Of a stretch of 17,582 nt of DNA, positions 9,966-17,582 are shown piece by piece. Source of the stretch: Amoebophrya sp. A120. Its lineage: Eukaryota > Protista > Dinoflagellata. Numbering within the stretch: position 1 is the first letter of the stretch; every line of letters begins with the position of its first letter. The notes below the pieces were generated by a model. That model was not told the DNA's origin and searched no databases. It worked only from the letters and a program-made list of their open reading frames with translations. Position numbers and translations under genes: made by a program. The stretch covers positions 1-17,582 of the forward strand of contig CAJINV010000023.1 in the NCBI GenBank assembly GCA_905178155.1, written 5' to 3'.

Positions 9966-10790
9966 CATAACAATGGTGCGGAAGGGGACGAGACGCAGGG
10001 GGAGGTCGAGGACAAGGACACGGCGCAAACACTTCACCTACTCTCGTATCTGCTTCCTCTCTATCAAATGTAGACATGTCTGGGCCTGGAAGAGTCCGCG
10101 TGTTTGTCATGCACCTTCTACAGCTGCAGATAGCTTTGCTGCGTGCTGCATTCGAGACACTTATTATAGGTGTCTGGAATGCTCGCAAAGCATATACAGT
10201 TTTATTTGCGAAGCTTTCTTATTCTTGTTTGATGCCCCTTATTGTGCATTGGAAATTCGCTATCTGTGCAACAACGGTTGGGCAGCTTTCGGCACTCACA
10301 CAACACAGATTTTTTTTTAAGTCTTTATCCGCTCGAGAATTTTAGCATTACAAGTTGGAACTCTTCCAGACCCAGATCTATAGTATCTATTTGCAATTCA
10401 TACTTTCTGCCGGCTTGCAAAAACCAGTAAGAAGTCGTACTTCGACGTAGAAGTTGTGCGCGGCGGTTCCGGAAAAATAGAAATGGCCACACAGTGCAGC
10501 GTCGCTCTCAAGTGGCTGAAGAACCTAGGTGCCCAGCTCAGCGAGCGATGCGGGGTAGCGGAGGACGGAGAGAGCGGCCTTTGGGATTTCCCGCCGGACG
10601 AGATCGGAAAGGCCGTCATGGAGCCACTCGGCGCGGCGATTGGCCCCGGGTCCGGCAGGGATTTCACGTTCTACGCCGACGCGAAGGCCCTCGGGTTCCC
10701 TTTGGTGCAGTTCCACATCCTGCCGGGATACACGCTGCTCCGGACATGCAGCATGGCTTACGTAGCTGCGCCAATGGTCTCAATTGGAAC
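9966..10790 (+). CDS. Hypothetical protein, exons ~9966-10060 and 10407-~10790, split by family-A copy 3 and running into the satellite
   Basis: Removing 346 nt gives ...GAEGDETQGEVEDKDTAQTLHLLSYLLPL|CRLAKTSKKSYFDVEVVRGGSGKIEMATQCSVALKWLKNLG... with no stop. GC-rich codons; start unknown. Confidence 0.6.
10062..10402. mobile_element. Family-A MITE / candidate introner, copy 3 (341 bp)
   Basis: Left end TATCAAATGTAGACATGTCTGGGCCTGGAAGAGT; right end ACTCTTCCAGACCCAGA (10360-10376)...TATTTGCAATTCATA. Flanks CTCTC / CTTTC (4/5). Confidence 0.8.
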
Positions 10791-13068
10791 GACAGCGGAA
10801 ATGCTACGGCGGGGGCCCTGGTTTGTTGCCTCCCTTCCCGCTTTCGGCAGTTGAAAGCAAAGGAAATTACCAAAGGGCGCCGCGGGTTTTCTGCGTTGGC
10901 CAAGGGGATGGAATTTTTGCAAACAAAAGCGGCGGAACGGTAAGAAACCGCCCGGGAGACCGACAGCGGAAGTGCTACGGTGGGGGCCCTGGTTTGTTGC
11001 CTCCCTTCCCGTCTTCGGCAGTTGAAAGCGAAGGAAATCGAGCAAGGGCGTCGCGGGTTTTCCGATTTGGCCAAGGGGATGGAATTTTTGCAAACAAAAG
11101 TGGCGGAGCGGTAAGAAGCCGCCCGGGAGGCCGAGAGCGGAAATGCTACGGCGGGGGCCCTCGTTTGTTGCCCCCCTTCCCGCCTTCGGCTGTTGAAAGC
11201 ATACAAAGGAAATTGCCAAAGGGCGGCGCGGGTTTTCTGATTTGGCCCAGGCGGTGAAATTTTTGCAAACAAAAGCGGCGGAACGGTAAGAAACCGCCCG
11301 GGAGACCGGAGGCGGAAATGCTACGGCGGGGGCCCTGGTTTGTTGCCCCCCTTCCCGTCTCCGGCAGTTGAAAGCAAAGGAAATCGCCAAAGGGCCGCGC
11401 GGGTTTTCCGATTTGGCAAAGGGGATGGAATTTTTGCAAACAAAAGTGGCGGAGCGGTAAGAAACCGCCCGGGGGACCGAAAGCGGAAACGCTACGGCGG
11501 GGGCCCTGGTTTGTTGCCCCCCTTCCCGTCTTCGGCAGTGGAAAGCAAAGGAAATTGCCAAAGGGCCGCGCGGGTTTTCCGATTTGGCCAAGGGGATGAA
11601 ATTTTTGCAAACAAAATTGGCGGAACGGTAAGAAGCCGCCCAGGAGACCAAGAGCGGAAATGCTACGGCGGGGGCCCTGGTTTGTTGCCTCCCTTCCCGC
11701 CTTCGGCAGCCAGTTGCTTGGACGGAAAGGAAATTACCAAAGGGCGCCGCGGGTTTTCTGATTTGGCCCAGGGGATGAAATTTTTGCAAACAAAAGTGGC
11801 GGAACGGTAAGAAACCGCCCGGGAGACCGAGCGCGGAAATGCTACGACGGGGGCCCTGGTTTGTTGCCCCCCTTCCCGTCTTCGGCAGTTGAAAGCAAAG
11901 GAAACTGCCAAAGGGCCTCGCGGGTTTTCCGATTTGGCCAAGGGGATGGAATTTTTGCAAACAAAAGCGGCGGAGCGGTAAGAAACCGCCCGGGAGACCG
12001 AAAGCGGAAACGCTACGGCGGGCGGGGGCCCTGGTTTGTTGCCCCCCCTTCCCGTCTTCGGCAGTTGAAAGCAAAGGAAACCGCCGAAGGGCCTCGCGGG
12101 TTTTCCGATTTGGCCAAGGGGATGAAATTTTTGCAAACAAAAGTGGCGGAGCGGTAAGAAACCGCCCGGGAGACCGAGGGCGGAAAGGCTACGGCGGGGG
12201 CCCTGGTTTGTTGCCTCCCTTCCCGCCTTCGTTCGGCAGTTGAAAGCAAAGGAAATTGCCAAAGGGCGTTGCGGGTTTTCTGATTTGGCCCAGAAGATGA
12301 AACTTTTGCAAACAAAAGTGGCGGAACGGTAACAAACCGCCCGGGAGACCGAAAGCGGAAACGCTATGGCGAAGGCCCTGGCTTGTTGCCTGCCTTCCCG
12401 ACCGTCTTCGGCAGTTGAAAGCAAAGGAAATCGCCAAAGGGCGGCGCAGGTTTTCTGATTTGGCCAAGGGGATGGAATTTTTGCAAACAAAAGAGGCGGA
12501 GCGGTAAGGAACCGCCCGGGAGACCGACGGCGGAAATGCTACGGCGGGGGCCCTGGTTTGTTGCCTCCCGTCCCGCCTTCGATCGGCAGTTGAAAGCAAG
12601 CAAAGGAAATTGCCAAAGGGCGTCGCGGGTTTTCTGATTTGGCCAAGGGGATGGAAATTTTGTAAACAAAAGGGGCGGAACGGTAAGAAACCGCCCGGGA
12701 GCCCGAAAGCGGAAACGCTACGCCGGGGGCCCTGGTTTGTCGCCTCCCTTCCCGCCCGGCAAAGGAGATTGCCAAAGGTTAGCGCGTGTTCTCTGATTTG
12801 GCCAAGGGGATGAAATTTTTGCAGACAAAAGTGGCGGAACGGTAAGAAACCTACCGCCCGGGAGACCGAAAGCGGAAACGCTACGGCGGGGGCCCTGGTT
12901 TCTTTGTTGCCTCCCTCCCCGCCTTCGGCAGTTGCAAGCAAGCTAAGGAAAATGCCAAGGGGTGTCTTGGGTTTTCTTATTTGGCCCAGGGGATGGAATT
13001 TTCGCAAACAAAATTGGCGGAACGGTAAGAAACCGCCCGGGAGACCGAAAGCGGAAATGCTACGACGG
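10790..13068. repeat. 171-bp tandem satellite, ~13 units
   Basis: Anchor (TTTGTTGCC or variant) at 10822, 10993, 11164, 11339, 11510, 11681, 11860, 12035, 12207, 12382, 12557, 12736 and 12899. Confidence 0.97.
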
Positions 13069-13089
13069 TCCCCCCTGCCGCAAGGGGGG

Positions 13090-13564
13090 GGGCTGCGAAG
13101 TGCGCACGCGCGCGCAGTTGCAAAAGCGGCAAGGCAGCGGCCGGCCCTCTCCCATGCCAGGCAAGGCAGTGCCGCTGGCGGTTCCGTTGCGTTTTCTTTT
13201 TCCTTCGGCGATGTTACGCGGCACAAGTTTGCGCATACCATGTCGCGCGCGGTCTTTAATCAGAGCGAGGCCGACTCTTTTCCAACGGTGTTCATACATT
13301 GGCGAGGCGTTTATTGGTCTCCCGCCTGAAATCAAAGCCGATCCAATTGAGATCATTGGGCCAGTTGCGCAAGCCATAGGGGCCTCATGCGGCTTCATAG
13401 CGGCGCGGCAGCGGAAGTCAGCAAAAAGCTCGGGCTTTGCTGAGAAAGGTCTGCAGGGCTATCGGGTTTGTAGCATTTGCTTCAGGGTTATCCGAGGGAG
13501 AGGCACCACCTCAGTCACACTTGAGCACTTTTGCAGCACGATAGTAGGGGGCGCGCACGCGTAG
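13090..13564 (+). pseudogene. Coding-like segment with a 4-bp frameshift, similar to the exon before the satellite
   Basis: ...HTMSRAVFNQSEADSFPTVF continues as IGEAFIGLPPEIKADPIEIIGPVAQAIGASCGF... if CATA of CATA-CATT (13293-13300) is removed. Confidence 0.4.
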
Positions 13565-13877
13565 AACATTCAAGATTCATGCGTGGCAGCTTTGCTGCCC
13601 CTTCCTGTTTCGAGCAGGCCAGGCTTTTAACTTGCAAAACCTGCAATAGTGTGGCTGCGAAGATGTTTTTACCCTGGGTACGCGTCTTCGCCGGCTCGAG
13701 CCTGGTCGTGCAGCATATGGGACCCTCACGCGTTGCGCTCCCACCTGTAACTGTATACACAATTTGCCATGCTGAAAAATTACGATTACCAAAAGTCGCC
13801 ACGCGATCTATCACGCTACTTCGCATCGCAAACTCCCTCTTGAAGAACTGAACAGCATTGATACCTTCGCCGAATTT

Positions 13878-14348
13878 GTGATGCAAGAGTCCTCGCATGC
13901 ACCCTCCCCCCCCTTCACTTTTGGTTTTGGTGCTTCTATTCTTGGATTACAAATTTCTGTAACAGTTGACAATGATGTAAGTGTAACGCTTCAGTACTCC
14001 ATACAGCAGGCCTCCAGACCGGAGACGAGCTGCTACCATAACTTTCTCCCGTCTACCCGTGTTGCACTGGTGAACGCAGAGGAACGCAATGAAGCTCTGC
14101 GGCTGGCGAGCGATTTTCTCGGTGGCATTCAGAAGACCAACGCGGGCGCCCGGCGATGGACACCCGTGACCCGGGGGAATGACGTCGTGCGGTTCGACCA
14201 AGTCCAGCGCGGGAGGTTTGTCCCCGTTGCCGTCCAAAAAAGGGTAGCGACGCAGAAGCAGTTTTCCAAGGAGGTCGGGACTATGCGGAGGCTGTCGCTA
14301 GACAAAGCCGTCGACAAGCTGGATGAATATGGCCTGTTCAGCGGTTAG
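13878..14348 (+). CDS. Hypothetical protein, probably a terminal exon (coding signal clearest from ~14055)
   Basis: Protein-like RVALVNAEERNEALRLASDFLGG...LDKAVDKLDEYGLFSG* with GC-rich third positions. No family recognised. Confidence 0.5.
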   Translation: MMQESSHAPSPPFTFGFGASILGLQISVTVDNDVSVTLQYSIQQASRPETSCYHNFLPSTRVALVNAEERNEALRLASDFLGGIQKTNAGARRWTPVTRGNDVVRFDQVQRGRFVPVAVQKRVATQKQFSKEVGTMRRLSLDKAVDKLDEYGLFSG

Positions 14349-14439
14349 GAAGGACAATCTCAATCGGAACAGCTAGAGAGTAGACCCCGAATCTGTCTTG
14401 CATCAGTGGCAAATAAAAGAAGAAAGTCTACTCTAGGTG

Positions 14440-14460
14440 GCAGCAGCAGCAGCAGCAGCA
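14440..14460. repeat. (GCA)7 microsatellite
   Basis: Read directly from the sequence. Confidence 0.9.
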
Positions 14461-14706
14461 AGTCGCTGTGCTGGCAAGCCTGCTATGAATCTAGATGCGG
14501 TTTTTTATGACTCCGGAAATTTGTCATGCTGAGTAAGGAGACAGGTGGCGTCTACGGTAGGCAACCACTGCAGCTCATTCCCTCTCGTCTGCGCCAAAAA
14601 CTTGTTCCGGTCGATATTCCTTCATCTTCTGAGAAGGTCATATGGAAGGCGATGAAAAACGACAGCGCCGCGCAATCGTCGTGCTGATCGACCTTGACGT
14701 GGAGAA

Positions 14707-14868
14707 TATGCATTGCAAATGTGTCAACATGGTCTGGAAGTGTCCGAGTTTGTGATGCTAGGACTGGTCGATACAAAAATCTGTATTGCATGGCCGGGGG
14801 AAAACGTGCCTACCTGCATCCCGAACCTTAATGCAAGCTTCCGGATCCAGACATATTTCTAATCCATA
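14707..14868. mobile_element. Degenerate short family-A element
   Basis: TATGCATTGCAAAT...GGTCTGGAAG...TTGTGATGCTA...AAAAATCTGTATTGCATG is colinear with copy 1. Right end CTTCCGGATCCAGACATATTT...CATA. No TSD visible. Confidence 0.6.
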
Positions 14869-15089
14869 TCGCACCTGCGCTTTCAACTATGGCAACGAAA
14901 ATTTGATGAGTCAAGATCAAGCAGAAGTGTTCACAAAACAAGGAGCTGCTGTCTGACGATTTCGTTTTGTAGTTTCTTGCATGTTGCTTTGCAACGAGAA
15001 TGCGTTCGCAAAGTTACAGCATGTCTTGCCGACGTGCACTTGGAGGCGTGACTGCAGCGACTCAAAGAGATTTTCACTTGGATGACTAT

Positions 15090-15396
15090 TATCCACTGCA
15101 ATTAAGAAAAATAGTAGATTCTCTAGATCTGGGTCTGGGAAAATGGAAGTTGTGATGCTGGCCTTGCATAGCTGCCAAATCTTTGTTGCATGATGAACAC
15201 CAGTTGTGCAGCTTCATCTGGGATGTGAAAACTCACTCGGTAGTGCGCGCTGCGCATGAGCAAGCGTTCATGCTGAAAAGTTGTCCTGGTTGGCTGCACT
15301 GACCAGGCTTTCACGCATCGACGACTGAATATATCCTCAGAATTCCAGACCGGGATTACTAGGATTAGCATACTAATTATTGATTTGCATTTCATA
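15090..15396. mobile_element. Degenerate family-A element
   Basis: TATCCACTGCAA...TCTGGGTCTGGGAAAATGGAAGTTGTGATGCT...TTCCAGACC...ATTTGCATTTCATA. Flanks ACTAT / GCTTT (3/5). Confidence 0.55.
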
Positions 15397-16149
15397 GCTT
15401 TGCTCTTACTGCGGGGCAAGCCTCCTGTCGCGATTTATTTCGGGTTTTTTTCGAGGCAAGACTGAGCGGCTGAGAGCCCAGTTTCGCGATGCGTTGACGT
15501 ACGTGTGGGGAAGGAGAGCTATGAACAAGCAAACTTCTCAGGGTCGGCGGCAAGATCAGCTGTCTTCAGCGCTTAATTTGATCCAGCTTTTGTACCATAT
15601 GCATATACGACTTGCGTTTGCATTCGGCTGACCGGTGTTCATCCTTACCGCCCCCTTCCGGCTTGGCGTTATTCCGTTACTCCGCTTTACAACCATAAAA
15701 AGCAGAGGAGGTGGTGGTAGAGGTAGAGCACAGGCAATGATAAACTGATGCAAGGATTATAGTTATAATTGAAGTACTTATGAATATGAAGACATCAAAA
15801 TACCACATAGGTGTTCATATTTTTACTGCGCAATGATCTTCCGAATGTTTATTCACACTGCATACGTGTTCTCCACATGGACCACAAGGCCGAGAATGTC
15901 TGCGTGCGTGAGGAAGTATCAGCTGGAAACCTGTTTGGGCCTGTAATGCTGGTAATGGAGAGCTTATCGGGCTTGTCTTGCTTCCAAACTGGTCCTGAAA
16001 ATGCGTTTTTTTTTCCAGACCAAAATAACGTAGTATGTATGTAAAACGCGTGTTGATAGCTAGGTAGCTGCACCACGAGAACGCACGATATAAACTTCTC
16101 ATGCTTGGTGAGGGGAGTTTTTTATTTTTTCGTTTCACTCATCCAGCTC

Positions 16150-16186
16150 AACTTCCAGACCAACCAGGGAAAGTTTACATTTGATA
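16150..16186. repeat. Right-hand family-A TIR remnant
   Basis: CTTCCAGACCAACCAG...TTTACATTTGATA is the reverse complement of the family-A terminus TATCAAATGTAAA. Left end uncertain, possibly ~16034. Confidence 0.55.
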
Positions 16187-16490
16187 CGGGGCCGACGGGT
16201 ACCAATTGCGGTTGATCGAGTATGGGGCTCTCAAGCGTTCTTGCGCTCTGAAATCTCAACTATTGCGATGCATAGGTGACGCAAGATTAACAAAACTGAA
16301 GGGGGGAAGATTCCGGGTTTTGCAGTACAAACTTAGTTCCGTGTTGTTAAGCGCACCAAAAACTTGTCATGCGAAGTAGGGTGATGATCGCGTGGAGGGG
16401 GCTAGTAAATTTGCATCACATCTTCATGCAACTACAGCTGGGAGTGTAAAGATTTGAGAAAAGCATATCAACTTTGGATCGGCGATCTTC

Positions 16491-16865
16491 GTGGCGGACG
16501 AAACTACGGTGGATTTGCATGAGCTCGCATACACCAAACCCTTCGTGGGGGAGGCGCTCAACAAACACGAACGGGAACAGCCGGACATGGCCGTACCAGC
16601 GGCAACCTTGCGCGAGCATGAGAAATTCACCGCCATGGCACTGGACCGCCTGCTGGCAGCGCCGAATGGGGGTGACCTGCTGCTGGAGATCGTGGAGCAA
16701 AAGGATGCGTGGATCAAAGACGAAGAGCGCGAAACCGGAAGTGGACGCCGCCGACTGCTTGCGGTACTCGATCCAACCGGGCAAGAACTGGCACGGCACG
16801 AGTTTCACGAGTTGCAGGAAACACAGCTACAAAAAGCGCGGAGCGAGGACCTAGATCCCCTTTAG
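16491..16865 (+). CDS. Hypothetical protein, probably a terminal exon
   Basis: 124-codon ORF with acidic/helical composition and GC-rich third positions. The frame is open slightly upstream of the GTG. No family recognised. Confidence 0.55.
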   Translation: MADETTVDLHELAYTKPFVGEALNKHEREQPDMAVPAATLREHEKFTAMALDRLLAAPNGGDLLLEIVEQKDAWIKDEERETGSGRRRLLAVLDPTGQELARHEFHELQETQLQKARSEDLDPL

Positions 16866-17090
16866 GTCCCCTTCCGTATCGATTGCAAATGGAAGTGCGT
16901 CTGGATTTTTACATTGTTACTGTCAAACACGAACGCCCCGCCGTGTTGTGCCACAGCTACTGAAAGAAAGTTCGTCAGCATCAATTTAATCAGCGCCGGT
17001 CTCAAAAGTATTTATATGGAATCGAGAGCCTGGCCCTTCTTATTTTTCTCCTTCCCATGTGTGTCTAAGTAGCGGAAGATGGGCCTACCC

Positions 17091-17113
17091 CCGCAAACGC
17101 ATTTTGGCTCAGG
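17091..17113 (+). other. Possible dinoflagellate spliced-leader relic
   Basis: CCGCAAACGCATTTTGGCTCAGG vs DinoSL CCGTAGCCATTTTGGCTCAAG; 12-nt exact core CATTTTGGCTCA at 17100-17111. Confidence 0.4.
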
Positions 17114-17127
17114 GAGCAGGCCCATAC

Positions 17128-17582
17128 CCCGTTCCGTCGGCGAGTCGAGCGGAGGGGGGAGTAACCTTGCTGGCCGCCCACTTTGACACCGGAAACAGGT
17201 CGGGAACCCGTTCCGGCGTGCTGGCGTTTCTTTCCGCCTGGCGCGTCGGGCGGATGGGGGTGAAGCCTTTTTTTCCATTTTGGCACCTCGCTCCGGAAAC
17301 AGGGTGGGAATCCGTTCCGGCGTGCTGGTATTTCTTTCCGCTCGACGCGCCGGGCGTCGAGCGGAAGGGGGGTCAACCTTTTTGGCCCACTTTGTCACCG
17401 GAAAAAGGGTGGGAACCCGTTCCGGCGTGCTGGTGTTTCTTTCCGCTCGACCCCCCGGGGGTCGAGCGGAAGGGGCGCCAACCTTCCTGGGCCACTTTTA
17501 CACCGGAAACAGGGCGGGAACCCGTTCCGGCGTGCTGGTGTTTCTTTCCGCTCGACCCCCCGGGGGTCGAGCGGAAGGGGCG
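17128..17582. repeat. ~105-bp tandem repeat with an internal GC hairpin (runs off the window end)
   Basis: Anchor TTCCGGCGTG at 17211, 17315, 17420 and 17525. Hairpins at 17233-17254, 17336-17366, 17441-17471 and 17546-17576. Confidence 0.93.

Noticed and set aside
10790-13068. CRISPR array or human alpha-satellite
   Set aside because: There are no unique spacers or cas genes. Only the 171-bp length resembles alpha satellite; the sequence is GC-rich and dissimilar.
10790-13068. Hammerhead retrozyme
   Set aside because: No CTGANGA...GAAA core was seen on either strand; CTGATTT is the closest.
10664-13241. Long ORFs (up to 460 aa) on both strands within the 171-bp array
   Set aside because: The monomer is 57 codons and stop-poor, so long ORFs arise automatically. 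Frequent 4-bp indels swap frames, which argues against coding constraint.

Overview
This looks like eukaryotic genomic DNA of roughly balanced GC, with no operons, rRNA, tRNA or CRISPR array. It is probably from a dinoflagellate or Syndiniales (Amoebophrya-like) genome. That is inferred from partial matches to the dinoflagellate spliced leader and from the abundance of insertions bounded by inverted and direct repeats. Main result: several + strand genes are broken by two kinds of short dispersed insertion. Family A is 275-341 bp MITE-like elements with TATC...GATA/CATA termini and 5-bp target duplications. Family B is 59-95 bp inserts sharing a GGGCTGGGAAYGACAAACAGGACGAATCCG core and bounded by short direct repeats. 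In six cases, removing the insert plus one direct-repeat copy rejoins an open frame. One join rebuilds a recognisable extended-SDR motif (GDVRD...DLVIHAAS) that the ORF track misses. These are candidate introners (transposon-derived, mostly non-canonical introns), but splicing cannot be proven from DNA alone. The window also has three tandem-repeat families: a 171-bp satellite (1-232 and 10790-13068) that gains length almost only in 4-bp micro-duplications, a 238-bp repeat with an internal fold-back and spliced-leader fragments (6083-6650), and a 105-bp repeat with a covarying hairpin (17128-end). All alignments were done by eye.
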